A stretch of 64,000 bases of DNA from an uncultured delta proteobacterium. Lineage in GTDB: Bacteria > Myxococcota > Kuafuiibacteriia > Kuafuiibacteriales > Kuafuiibacteriaceae. The notes beneath the pieces are model-generated. The model saw only the letters and a program-made list of their open reading frames with translations, was not told the origin of the DNA and did not search any database. The stretch covers positions 1,696,001 through 1,760,000 of the forward strand of contig CAWDML010000001.1 in the NCBI GenBank assembly GCA_963803435.1, in the 5' to 3' direction. The translations under genes were made by a program, and so were the position numbers. Each line of letters opens with the position of its first letter. Positions within the stretch are counted from its first letter, which is position 1. This document shows positions 11,990 to 21,591 of this stretch, piece after piece.

Positions 11990-14023
11990 TCAGTCGCCCT
12001 GGCCCAGCTTTCGGCGGAGCGTGCTGCGGCTGATCCCGAGCGTCTCCGCCGCCTTCGTCCGGTTCCCGCCCACCGCGTCGAGCACGCGCTTGATGTACGT
12101 CTGCTCCATCTCCTCGAGCGTGCCGATCTCGGGCGCGGCCTGCTCGTGGTTCGAGCGTCGCATCTCGAACGGAAGATGCTCGATGCGGACGGGGCCTCCG
12201 CCGTTGAGGATCAGCACGCGCTCGAGGACGTTCTTGAGCTCGCGGAGGTTGCCGGGCCACTCGTAGCGCTCGAACGCGCTCACCACCGGCTGCGTCAGCA
12301 GGATCGGATCGCGGATCGCGCGGCGGGACGCCAGGTCCTTCAGCATGTCGCGGGCCAGCGGAGGTACATCCTCGCGGCGCTCCCGGAGCGGCGGGATGCG
12401 CATGGGGACCACGCTCAGACGGTAGTAGAGGTCCTTGCGGAACCTGCCTTCGCCGATCGCGCGCTCGAGATCGAGGTTGGTCGCGGCCAGCACGCGGACG
12501 TCGGCGCTCAGCGGCCGAGTGCCGCCGACGCGCCGGAACCGCTGAGTGTCGAGGAACGAGAGCAGGTGCGCCTGGGCCATGAGGGGGAGCTCTCCGATCT
12601 CGTCGAGGAACAGCGTCCCGCCGTCGGCCGCTTCGACCAGGCCGCGCTTCGCGTCGGCGGCGCTGGTGAACGCGCCGCGCTCATGTCCGAAGAGCTCGGA
12701 CTCGACCAGATCGGGGCCGAGGCTGGCGCAGTTGATCTCGAGGAAAGGCTTGGAGGCGCGCGGGCTGGACTGATGGATCCGGCGCGCCAGCCAGCTCTTG
12801 CCCACGCCAGTCTCGCCGAGGATGAGCACGGTGGCGTTGGGATCGGAGGCGACCGTGTCGGCGGTGTCGAGGAGACCCGCCATGGCGCGCGAGCCGAGCG
12901 CGTCGCCGCTCTTCGACGAGATCGCGGTGAGCACCTCGGCGGCGTGCCGGAGCCTCGCCAGCTCGCTCTGATCCCGGGCCACGCAACCGATCCGCGCCGT
13001 GTCGCCCTGGGCGTCCCGGATCACGAAGAGCTGCTCTTCGACCTCGATCTCGGCGCCCTGACGGAGTCGATACACCGAGCGCGGCGGCACCTTGTCGCCT
13101 GCCCTCACCCGCGCCACCAGCTCGCGGAACGGCTCGCGCTCGGTGCCGGGGACGAAGCGCTCGATGACCGTGCCGATCGCGTCGGCGGCGCTCATCTGGT
13201 AGAGGCGCTCGGCACCGGGATTCCAGGACGCGATGTTTCCGTCGATGCCCCACGTGATCACCGCGACCGGTACGCACTCGATCACCGACGCCAGCTCCTT
13301 CTCCAGCGCGCGCGCCCGCTCGTCCGACTCTTTGCGGGCGGTGATGTCCTCCGAGATCCCGAGCAGGTAGAGCGGCTCGCCGAGATCGTCGAGCACCGGC
13401 ACCTTCTTCGTGTGGAGCCAGCGCAGGCCCTGCGAGCGCGTGGAGATCGGCTCCTCGGGCACGTCGACCAGCACCTTGTTCCTCAGCGTCTCCCGGTCCT
13501 TCGCATGGAAGAAGTCGGCCTGCTCTCTCGGATAAAAGTCGTGGTCCGTCTTGCCGAGGAGCTCCTCGCGCGCCCAGCCGAGGAGCTCCTCGCCGGCGCG
13601 GTTGAACCGCTGGAAGAGGAGCGAGTCGGCGTCCTTCACGAAGATCATGTCCGGGATGTTCTCGATGATCGCGTCGAGAAACACGTTGGTCCGGGCGAGC
13701 TCCCCCTCGGCCTCGCTGGTGCCGCGGACCACGACGCCAGCCCCGCCTTCGAGCGGCAGCGTGCGCAAGGTAACCTGCATTTTTCCGATGCGCGTGCGGA
13801 TCGGCTCGTCGCTCCCGGCGAGCGCGGCCCGCAGCTCGCCGATCGCCTTCTTGTGGAGGACGGCGGTGAGGCGGGCTCCCACCTCGAGCTCGGCCAGCCC
13901 GGGGCCGACAACCTCCCGGACGATCAGCGACTGGGGGTCGACGAGGAGGACCGTGGCGTCGAGGACGGTCGCGAGCCGAGAGAGCGGGGAGAACGGGGAG
14001 AACGGGGAGAGCGCCTCGGACAC
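11990..14023 (-). CDS. Sigma54-dependent enhancer-binding protein, PAS-PAS-AAA+-Fis HTH
   Basis: Two PAS domains, GETGVGKS, GAFTSA, LFLDEIGE, WPGNLREL, GGNRTKAAETLGISRSTL. Confidence 0.93.
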   Translation of the reverse strand: MSEALSPFSPFSPLSRLATVLDATVLLVDPQSLIVREVVGPGLAELEVGARLTAVLHKKAIGELRAALAGSDEPIRTRIGKMQVTLRTLPLEGGAGVVVRGTSEAEGELARTNVFLDAIIENIPDMIFVKDADSLLFQRFNRAGEELLGWAREELLGKTDHDFYPREQADFFHAKDRETLRNKVLVDVPEEPISTRSQGLRWLHTKKVPVLDDLGEPLYLLGISEDITARKESDERARALEKELASVIECVPVAVITWGIDGNIASWNPGAERLYQMSAADAIGTVIERFVPGTEREPFRELVARVRAGDKVPPRSVYRLRQGAEIEVEEQLFVIRDAQGDTARIGCVARDQSELARLRHAAEVLTAISSKSGDALGSRAMAGLLDTADTVASDPNATVLILGETGVGKSWLARRIHQSSPRASKPFLEINCASLGPDLVESELFGHERGAFTSAADAKRGLVEAADGGTLFLDEIGELPLMAQAHLLSFLDTQRFRRVGGTRPLSADVRVLAATNLDLERAIGEGRFRKDLYYRLSVVPMRIPPLRERREDVPPLARDMLKDLASRRAIRDPILLTQPVVSAFERYEWPGNLRELKNVLERVLILNGGGPVRIEHLPFEMRRSNHEQAAPEIGTLEEMEQTYIKRVLDAVGGNRTKAAETLGISRSTLRRKLGQGD

Positions 14024-14048
14024 TGGCGCAGTTTAGACCAGCAGTGGT

Positions 14049-14555
14049 TCACTTTGCGCCAGGGATTCGCGCGGCCACCGCCACGAACCGAGCCCCCTCA
14101 GGGCCGGCGCGGCCGTAGTGACCCTGACCGATCCGCACGAAGTGGGCGTCTCCGGGGCCGAGCACGGCCGTGTGCTCGGCGCCGTCGATCCCGACCGTGG
14201 TCATCTCGAGGGTGCCCTCCAGAAGGTAGTACACCTCCTCCGTCACGTCGTGGGTGTGCAGCCCGATCGCCGCGTGCGGCTCCAGGCGGGCGTCGATCAT
14301 CAGCTCGAGCCCGCTCCTGAAGATGTGCTCCTCGGTGCCCGGCTCCTCCGAGAACACCCAGGTCGCCCAGTCGTTCCCTGCGCCGCGCTTGATCCCACGC
14401 TCCCCATCGTTCCGGTGCGGGGCCTGATACAGGACCTTCGCCATCAACGCGCGCGTCTTGTTCAGGGCCCAGTGGTAGCCGCCGGAATAGGCGCGCCGGA
14501 TCCGCTCGTGGTAAGCCTCCCCGCTCACGTAGTCGGCTGCATCCTTCGGCTTCAC
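14049..14555 (-). CDS. Cupin domain protein
   Basis: IGLHTHDVTEEVYYLLEG...GPGDAHFVRIGQGHY; start uncertain (GTG 14555 or ATG 14585). Confidence 0.75.
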   Translation of the reverse strand: MKPKDAADYVSGEAYHERIRRAYSGGYHWALNKTRALMAKVLYQAPHRNDGERGIKRGAGNDWATWVFSEEPGTEEHIFRSGLELMIDARLEPHAAIGLHTHDVTEEVYYLLEGTLEMTTVGIDGAEHTAVLGPGDAHFVRIGQGHYGRAGPEGARFVAVAARIPGAK

Positions 14556-14603
14556 GCGCGGAATGGTTGCACCTGCGCCCGGCATTCGTCCAGAATCGCC
14601 ACC

Positions 14604-15185
14604 ATCCTCACCACACGCGACAAGCTCCTCGACTCCGCGATCGAGGTCTTCATCGAGAAGGGCTTCACGCGGAGCTCGGTCGACGAGATCTGTCGTCGCG
14701 CCGGCACGACGAAGGGCGCCTTCTTTCATCACTTCGAGAACAAGCAAGAGGTCGGTCTGCTCGCGCTCGAGCGCTTCGCAACGATGCTGATCTCGACGCT
14801 GCGGGACGGCGATTCGCTCCCGCCCGCAGAACCGGTCCAGAGGGTCTTCGACTACCTCGATCGGGTGGTGGTGATCGTCGAGAGTCTTCAACCGTTCCCG
14901 ACCTGCCTGGTCGGCGTCCTCACGCTCGAGATGGCGGCCGCCATCCCCGCCTTCCGCGCCGCCGCACAGAGCTCCTTCGATCAGTGGCTGGGCGACGTCG
15001 AGCACCTCATCGGTGACGCCCTCGCCGCGTCCAAAAAGCCGCACCTGAATGCCCAGGGGATCGCGGAGTTCTTCGTCGCCACGCTCGAGGGGTCCCTGAT
15101 CCTGGCCCGCGCGCGAGAAGATCGAACGATCATCGAGAGAAACGTCGGGGCCTTCAAGAGCTACCTGCGCGCCGCCCTCGCCTGA
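14604..15185 (+). CDS. TetR/AcrR family regulator (no canonical start codon at expected position)
   Basis: TRDKLLDSAIEVFIEKGF...SVDEICRRAGTTKGAFFHHFENK HTH; C-terminal CLVG...LEM. Confidence 0.85.
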   Translation: MLTTRDKLLDSAIEVFIEKGFTRSSVDEICRRAGTTKGAFFHHFENKQEVGLLALERFATMLISTLRDGDSLPPAEPVQRVFDYLDRVVVIVESLQPFPTCLVGVLTLEMAAAIPAFRAAAQSSFDQWLGDVEHLIGDALAASKKPHLNAQGIAEFFVATLEGSLILARAREDRTIIERNVGAFKSYLRAALA

Positions 15186-15276
15186 GACCTGGCGGGTTTC
15201 GGTTACGCCTTCTCCGTAAGCGCAATCGGAACCCAGTTTCTGGATACTGGCCTCCAGACCCAGGAGGGATCGCAGA

Positions 15277-16392
15277 ATGAATCTCGACTTGCTTGGCGGC
15301 GCATATCTACTTCGCGCTCTCGGATTCAACCCAGGAGGCTTCGAGGGGGATCTTTCCGATCTCTCCGCCAATCCCGAGCTCCTCTCGCAGCTCCGCGACG
15401 AGTTCAATTCGTGCGCGGGCTCGATGCGCGGCGGCACGTCGCTCGCGTCGGTGCTGCAGTCCGGCGGCATCCCGTCGTCGATGATGGTCCCGCCGCCCGA
15501 CATGTCCCAGTGCCCCTGCCAGCAGATGTACTCGATGCCGCAGGGCACCTTCGGGATGGGCATGCCCGCGCGGTTCGACCTGAAGGACCTGTTCTCCTCG
15601 CGGCGCAAGGCGAAGAAGTTCGAGAAGCTGCTGAAGAAGAACCCGTTCCTCCGAGCTCAGGTCGAGATGATGCTGGGCGGCATGATCGTCACCGACAAGA
15701 AGAACGACGGCAAGATCAAGGTCCAGCCGTTCATGGGCAGCGGGTTCGGCGGCGGCATGAGCCCGGCGGCGATGAACGCGCTCGGACAGCTCTCCCAGAT
15801 CCAGAACGCGGCCATCGCGTCAGGCCTCCCGTCCGGCAACCAGAACCAGGCGTTCATGGGCATGATGCTGGCGGCGTTGTCGCAGATGTACGGCGGACAG
15901 GGCCTCGGCAACCCGAGCGGCGGCGGCGGCATGGCGCGGCGTCCCGGCGGCGGCTCACCGTTCGTCGACTGGAACGATCAACCGCTGCAGCCCGGACAGC
16001 CCGGACCCCACCAGGGCCAGTTCGGGATCGGACGGAGCGGCGGCGACGAGGTGACGGCGGTCCTCAACGATCCCAGCCTCACCGTCGAGGACAAGGTCAC
16101 CCTCATGATCATGCTGATCATGAAGAAGATGGACAAAGACATCGAGAAGCAGGCGAACTACATCAACAGCCTGCAGCAGCAGCAGAACGGCGGGAACAGC
16201 GGCTTCCCGGGCGGCACCGGCGGTGGCGGCGATGCCCAGGCCGGGGGTGGTAGCAGCCCCTCGATCGACGTCGAGACCATGAAGCTGAAGCGCATGATCG
16301 ACAAGCGCTCCCAGATGTTCGACATGCTCCGGCAGATCATCGACAAGTACAACCAGACCGCGAAGGGCATCATCGACTCGATGGGCCGTTAG
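15277..16392 (+). CDS. Gly/Met-rich protein with C-terminal helical hairpin; paralog of 47262..48476 (candidate T3SS filament subunit)
   Basis: RBS CAGGAGG; last 45 aa 43/45 identical to the paralog. Confidence 0.8.
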   Translation: MNLDLLGGAYLLRALGFNPGGFEGDLSDLSANPELLSQLRDEFNSCAGSMRGGTSLASVLQSGGIPSSMMVPPPDMSQCPCQQMYSMPQGTFGMGMPARFDLKDLFSSRRKAKKFEKLLKKNPFLRAQVEMMLGGMIVTDKKNDGKIKVQPFMGSGFGGGMSPAAMNALGQLSQIQNAAIASGLPSGNQNQAFMGMMLAALSQMYGGQGLGNPSGGGGMARRPGGGSPFVDWNDQPLQPGQPGPHQGQFGIGRSGGDEVTAVLNDPSLTVEDKVTLMIMLIMKKMDKDIEKQANYINSLQQQQNGGNSGFPGGTGGGGDAQAGGGSSPSIDVETMKLKRMIDKRSQMFDMLRQIIDKYNQTAKGIIDSMGR

Positions 16393-16428
16393 TTTGGTCG
16401 CCTCGCCCCAGCGTGATAAACAGGCCGC

Positions 16429-17532
16429 GTGATCGAGTGGCTCCGGCGCCTCTTTGGATCGACGCCGAACGCTCCGCCTCCACGGCCCCACCCCGCGCGC
16501 GTCCCCTCCGTCCCCTCGCGAAAGCGCTCCGCTCCCGGCGGCGGGCCTCCGCGGGACGATCTCCGCCCGGCCAGGCGCGACGATTGCCCCCTGGTGGTGC
16601 GGGCCTCCGAGCTGCTCGAGCTCCCGGTTCGACCCAAGTCGGAGTACTTCGATCTCGATCCGGCGATCGAGGAGCTCTCGGAGAGGGTCCTCGAGCACTT
16701 CGCACACCATCGACCCGGGCCCGACTCCTTCCCGTCGCTCTCCCTTCGTGTGCTGAACCTGGTCGCTGATCCCGAGGTCAGGATCGCCGAGCTGAGCCAG
16801 ATCATCTCCCGCGACGCGGCGCTCTCGGCGGCGATCCTGAAGGTCGCCAACTCGGCGGCGTTCGCGGGCATGCGTGAGCTGGACTCGATCCGCGAGGCCG
16901 TCACGCGCCTCGGTCTCCACGAGGTCTCGTACATCGCGGGCGCGCTGTCCGCGCGAACGCTGTTCAACCCCCGGACCCGGGCGGAGAACGCGCTGATGGG
17001 CGAGCGCTGGACGACGCTCTTCTACGAGTCCACCGCGATCGCCATGGTGTCGGCGTCGCTCGCGCTCAACCTGTCGCAAGGTCGCTCCGACCGCGCCTTC
17101 TTGGGCGGCCTTCTTCACGACATCGGGAAGCCGATCGCGCTTCGCTCCATCGCGTCGCTCATGCTGGACGAGGTGATCCCGAAGGATCTCGCCGCGAGCA
17201 CGATCGACGGCGTCATCGACGGCGTGCACGTGGCGATCGGCGGCGAGGTCCATCGCGAGTGGGCGCTCCCCGAGGCGCTGACCGAGCTGTGCCTGCACCA
17301 CCACGACGAGCAGGTCCCCTTCGAGGGCGACGCCACCGATCTCCACGTCGTGCGCCTGGTCAGCGCGCTCTGTCTGTGGCGCACGGATCCGGACCGCTTC
17401 GCGGGGGCGCCCTACGAAGCGGCGCAGTCGGCGGAGGTCCTCCGGTTCGACGAGCGCCGCCTGCGCGTCATCGACACGGATCTGCAGAAGACTGCCGAGC
17501 GGGTGCGCGAGCTCTTCGCCGCTAAACTTTGA
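16429..17532 (+). CDS. HDOD domain protein
   Basis: ISRDAALSAAILKVANS, SIREAVTRLG, AFLGGLLHDIGK. Confidence 0.88.
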   Translation: MIEWLRRLFGSTPNAPPPRPHPARVPSVPSRKRSAPGGGPPRDDLRPARRDDCPLVVRASELLELPVRPKSEYFDLDPAIEELSERVLEHFAHHRPGPDSFPSLSLRVLNLVADPEVRIAELSQIISRDAALSAAILKVANSAAFAGMRELDSIREAVTRLGLHEVSYIAGALSARTLFNPRTRAENALMGERWTTLFYESTAIAMVSASLALNLSQGRSDRAFLGGLLHDIGKPIALRSIASLMLDEVIPKDLAASTIDGVIDGVHVAIGGEVHREWALPEALTELCLHHHDEQVPFEGDATDLHVVRLVSALCLWRTDPDRFAGAPYEAAQSAEVLRFDERRLRVIDTDLQKTAERVRELFAAKL

Positions 17533-18913
17533 GCCGGAAGTGGTAGCTCTTCGGCTTGGTCACCGAGAGGAAGCCCAGCCGAGACAGCGAGACACCGCGT
17601 CCCGAGTCCTTCCAGCCGGTCCAGGCCAGCAGCGGATCGAGGTAGTCGGCACGATTGAGGTAGACGGTACCCGCTTCGACCTGCCGGGCGATCTGGCGCC
17701 CGCGCTCGGTGTCGCCGGTCCAGATGCTCGCGGTCAGCCCGAGGCTGCTGTCGTTCATGCGCGCGATCGCCTCGTCGTCGTTCTTCACCTTCGCGATCGC
17801 CACCACCGGACCGAAGCTCTCCTCCGACTCGATGCCCATTCGCATGTCGGTGTCGGCCGCCACCGTCGCTTGAAAGAACCGCCCCTGTCCGCCCACGGCG
17901 GTCTTCTTTCCGCCGCACAGAATGCGAGCCCCGAGATCCCGCGCCTGGCGGACCTGACCGAGGAGAAAGTCGGGCGCGCTCGGCTGCGCCATGGGTCCCA
18001 TGCCGGTCTCGGCCTCGTTCGGATCGCCGAGCTTCAGCTTCTCGGCCTCGGCGACGCAGGCGTCGACGAAGCGCGCGTACAGCGCCGCCTCGACGTAGAC
18101 GCGCTCCACCGCGCAGCAGCTCTGGCCGGCGTTGTAGAGCGCCGCGTCCATCACGTTCTCGACCGTCGCCTCGAACGCGGCGTCGGCGCGGACATAGGCG
18201 GGATCCTTCCCGCCGAGCTCGAGCGCGGCGTCGATGAAGCGCTTGTCCGCGAGCGCGCGATAGATCTTGCGGCCGCCGGCGACCGATCCGGTGAAGGAGA
18301 CGAACCCGACGCGGGGGTGCTGGACCACCTTCTCGGCCACGCGGTGATCGGTCTGGATCGCCTGCACCAGCCCGTCCGGCAGGCCCGCCTTCTCGAACGC
18401 CTCGACAAAATGATCCCCGCAGCGCGGCGTGCGCGAGCTGTGCTTCAGCACCACGGCGTTGCCGGCCAGCACGGCCGCGATCGTGGGGTTGCAGGCGATC
18501 AGCAGCGGATAGTTCCAGGCCGCCAGCACGGCCACCACACCGACGGGTTCACGATGGATCTCACGGATGAAGCCCGGCTTCTCCGCGAGGACCTCCGGCT
18601 GAAGTGAAGCCTCGGCGATTCCGGCCATCTGGCGCGCCCGATCGAGCATGCCTGTGATCTCGTTGTTGGACTGACGGAGCGGCTTGCCCATCATGTCGGT
18701 GATCTCTTGCGCGTAGCGACCGCGCCCCGACTCGAACGCCTGCGCAAAGCGCTCGATCGCCGCGACGCGTTCGCTGATCGAGACTCTTCGCCACTCGAGG
18801 TGGGCACGATGCGCGCGCTCCATGATCGCATCGAGATCGGCCTCTGCGACGAGCGGCACCTCGCACGCGATCGCGCCCGTGAACGGGTTATCGACACGAA
18901 GGGTTTCGGACAT
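17522..18913 (-). CDS. Aldehyde dehydrogenase family protein
   Basis: AWNYP, FTGSVAGG, LELGGKDP, NAGQSCCAVER, EESFGP. Confidence 0.93.
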   Translation of the reverse strand: MSETLRVDNPFTGAIACEVPLVAEADLDAIMERAHRAHLEWRRVSISERVAAIERFAQAFESGRGRYAQEITDMMGKPLRQSNNEITGMLDRARQMAGIAEASLQPEVLAEKPGFIREIHREPVGVVAVLAAWNYPLLIACNPTIAAVLAGNAVVLKHSSRTPRCGDHFVEAFEKAGLPDGLVQAIQTDHRVAEKVVQHPRVGFVSFTGSVAGGRKIYRALADKRFIDAALELGGKDPAYVRADAAFEATVENVMDAALYNAGQSCCAVERVYVEAALYARFVDACVAEAEKLKLGDPNEAETGMGPMAQPSAPDFLLGQVRQARDLGARILCGGKKTAVGGQGRFFQATVAADTDMRMGIESEESFGPVVAIAKVKNDDEAIARMNDSSLGLTASIWTGDTERGRQIARQVEAGTVYLNRADYLDPLLAWTGWKDSGRGVSLSRLGFLSVTKPKSYHFRLKV

Positions 18914-18995
18914 CTTCCGGTCGCATACCACGTCCTACCGCGCATCACACGCCGATCTCGCTTCCTCCTCACCGCACTGAAATAATGCGCGCGCC

Positions 18996-21002
18996 ATGCG
19001 GATCTGTCCGCGCTGCCGTTCTACCTACGCCGAGGAGACGGACTTTTGCGGGATCGATGGCGAGCGTCTGATCGAGCAAGCGATCGATCCGCTGATCGGG
19101 GAGCGCATCGATCGTTACGAGTTCGTCGAGCGACTGGGCGGCGGCGCGATGGGCGTGGTCTACCGGGCGCGACACACCGAGCTCGACCGCCACTTCGCGA
19201 TCAAGGTCCTCTACGGTGAGATCGGCGCGAACAAGTCGCTGGTCGGACGCTTTCGCCGGGAAGCCCGGGCCGTCAGCAGGATCAGCCACCCGAACATCAT
19301 CGGCGTCGTCGACTTCGGCACCACTGACAACGGTCTCAATTTTCTGGTGATGGAGAATGTCATCGGTGAAACGCTCGCCGACACCCTGGAGCGAGAGGGT
19401 GTGCTGGCCGCGGAGCGGGCCGCCGGGATCACTGCGCAGGTGGCGGCCGGGCTGGGCGCCGCGCACGCGCTCGGCTTCGTCCATCGGGACGTCAAGCCCG
19501 CAAACATCATGCTCGCGGGCCAGGCGGGCCAGGAGCGGGTGAAGGTGCTCGACTTCGGGATCGTCGGGATCGCCGGCGGGCATCTCACGACCAAGCTCAC
19601 CGGCACGGGCCGCATCGTCGGCACCCCCCGGTACATGTCCCCCGAGCAGGCGCGCGACTCCGGGGTCGGACCGCCTGCGGATCTCTACTCCCTCGGGGTC
19701 ATGTTGTACGAGATGCTCTCCGGCGAGGTCCCGTTCCCCGGCGACGTGATGGCGGACGTCCTGGTGCTCCACTCGACGACGCAGCCGCCCCCGCTGCCGC
19801 CGCATCGCGGGCTGGAGAGCATCGCCCTCTGGCTGCTCGAGAAGCGGCCCGAGGATCGCCCGCCGGACGCAACCGCCGTGATCGAAGCGATCGCGGATTG
19901 TTTCCCCGACCTCACGCTCAACGTCTCCGAAAGCAACGGCCCCACCTCTCACCCCTCCGTCCCGGTGCTCGACCCGTTCGACGAGGACCAGATCCCGACG
20001 GCGCGCCCCGCCCCCGCCGACAGCGAGATCCTCGAGGCGCCCGACCTCGTCGCCGAAGCGGAGAGCAAAGCGCCCGTGCGCGACTCCGAGGCGTCGCCCG
20101 AAAATCTGTACGATTCGGGGCCCGACCTGGTGCCGCCGAGGTTCGAAGAGCTCCGCCCCACCTCCGACTTCGATCCCGCACCGCTGTACACGCCTCGATC
20201 GAACCCGACCGCGGCGATCTTCAGCACGCTCGGCACCGCCTCCGACCAGCTCCCCGCTCCGGCGGGCGTGGAGCGATCGTGGTGGGGACGTCACGGTCCG
20301 CTGATCGGCGTGATCAGCCTGCTGCTGTCGGTAACGGCGCTCGCCATCGTGATCATGATCCTGCGGACCGAGGATCCCTTCGACAGCGACTCCGAGATCG
20401 CGATGAAGCTTCAGCGCGCCGAGATGCGGGCGCGGATCGCCGAGACCAAGGCGAAGGAGGCCTTCGAGCGGGCCCAGCAGGCGGAGACCACCGCGAAGAA
20501 GCTGGTCGAGACCGCCACCACGGCCCAGGTCCAGGCGGCCGAGAGCAAGCATCCGGCGCCGCCCCCACTCCACCCGAAGAAGAAGCGCGATCCGCTGGCG
20601 GCGGGCGAGCGCGACCTTCGCCGCGCGCTGCGGGAGCGCGGGCTCACGCACGCCGACCTCGAGCTCATCCCCGCGACGCGCAAGCTGGCGGCGCGCTGGC
20701 TCGAGCTACGCGATCACGATCGGCCGGAGGCAGCGACCGTCGTCGCGGAGCTGATCGTACAGACCCGGAGCGCCGACATCACGAACCACCTCTTGTGGAA
20801 GAAGTATGCGCGGATCACCAAGGACCTGGCGGAGCTCGCCAAGGCGGACCCGAAGACCGCGGCCCCGATCGAGGCGACGAAGCGCCAGCTGAAGAAGCAG
20901 CTCAACCAGCGGCGCCTGCCGCAGCAGAAGAGAGAGTCGATCGGGCGAGCGCTCACGGACCTGGAGAACGAGGTCGCGGCCGCCAAGCCCAAGTCGAGGT
21001 GA
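18996..21002 (+). CDS. Membrane-anchored Ser/Thr protein kinase
   Basis: N-terminal CPRC...FC ribbon, LGGGAMGVVY, HRDVKPAN, DFG, GTPRYMSPEQ; TM helix then coiled coil. Confidence 0.92.
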   Translation: MRICPRCRSTYAEETDFCGIDGERLIEQAIDPLIGERIDRYEFVERLGGGAMGVVYRARHTELDRHFAIKVLYGEIGANKSLVGRFRREARAVSRISHPNIIGVVDFGTTDNGLNFLVMENVIGETLADTLEREGVLAAERAAGITAQVAAGLGAAHALGFVHRDVKPANIMLAGQAGQERVKVLDFGIVGIAGGHLTTKLTGTGRIVGTPRYMSPEQARDSGVGPPADLYSLGVMLYEMLSGEVPFPGDVMADVLVLHSTTQPPPLPPHRGLESIALWLLEKRPEDRPPDATAVIEAIADCFPDLTLNVSESNGPTSHPSVPVLDPFDEDQIPTARPAPADSEILEAPDLVAEAESKAPVRDSEASPENLYDSGPDLVPPRFEELRPTSDFDPAPLYTPRSNPTAAIFSTLGTASDQLPAPAGVERSWWGRHGPLIGVISLLLSVTALAIVIMILRTEDPFDSDSEIAMKLQRAEMRARIAETKAKEAFERAQQAETTAKKLVETATTAQVQAAESKHPAPPPLHPKKKRDPLAAGERDLRRALRERGLTHADLELIPATRKLAARWLELRDHDRPEAATVVAELIVQTRSADITNHLLWKKYARITKDLAELAKADPKTAAPIEATKRQLKKQLNQRRLPQQKRESIGRALTDLENEVAAAKPKSR

Positions 21003-21437
21003 TCAGTCCTGGTACCGCTCGGCGACCTGCTGGCGCTGCTCGGGCGTCAGGAGATCGTGCAGCTCGATCAGCCCGTCAGTGGCCAGGTGGAGCACCTTGC
21101 GGAAGGCATCGACGCGCTCGTCGACCACCCGATGGATCCGCTCGCGATCAGGCGTATCGGTGGACCACTGCTGATAGAAGAACCGCTTCGCCTTCTCTTG
21201 CTCGGCGATCAGCGGGACTCCCGCCGTCACCACGCGCTTTCGGATCGCCTGAGCCTGGGCCCGCTGCTTGAGATCCGCGCTGACGTCGTCCATCACGTCG
21301 TCGACCATCGCGGTCGAGTAGCGTTCGATCCTGGCCGCCTTCTCCTCGGGCGTCAGCTGGCGACACCCACCGTGGAAGCCCGTCAGGAGGACGAAGGAGG
21401 TCGCGAGGAAGGTGAGCATCTGGGGAGTGTTCTTCAT
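21003..21437 (-). CDS. Spy/CpxP-like (LTxxQ) periplasmic protein
   Basis: Signal or lipoprotein-like N-terminus; LHDLLTPEQRQQ. Confidence 0.65.
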   Translation of the reverse strand: MKNTPQMLTFLATSFVLLTGFHGGCRQLTPEEKAARIERYSTAMVDDVMDDVSADLKQRAQAQAIRKRVVTAGVPLIAEQEKAKRFFYQQWSTDTPDRERIHRVVDERVDAFRKVLHLATDGLIELHDLLTPEQRQQVAERYQD

Positions 21438-21591
21438 GGGCGCGAGCCTAGAAAGGGCGCGTCAAGCATCCCTTTGTCGCCGGTGAAGAAGTGTGAAGCG
21501 GACAATCCGCCGCGCCGGAACACTTCTTAACCGAACGACGGCCGGCGCTTCACACCGGTTTCTTAGGTTCGAGCCAGGAGGTCGATGTTCA

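Noticed and set aside
13986-14012. 9-bp repeat (GGGGAGAAC, about 3 copies) as a phase-variation tract
   Set aside because: The unit is a multiple of three, so slippage only changes the SPF count at the N-terminus
15186-15276. Sigma28-like promoter upstream of the orphan paralog
   Set aside because: Best match GCAAT-N13-CTGGATAC has the wrong spacing and a poor -10
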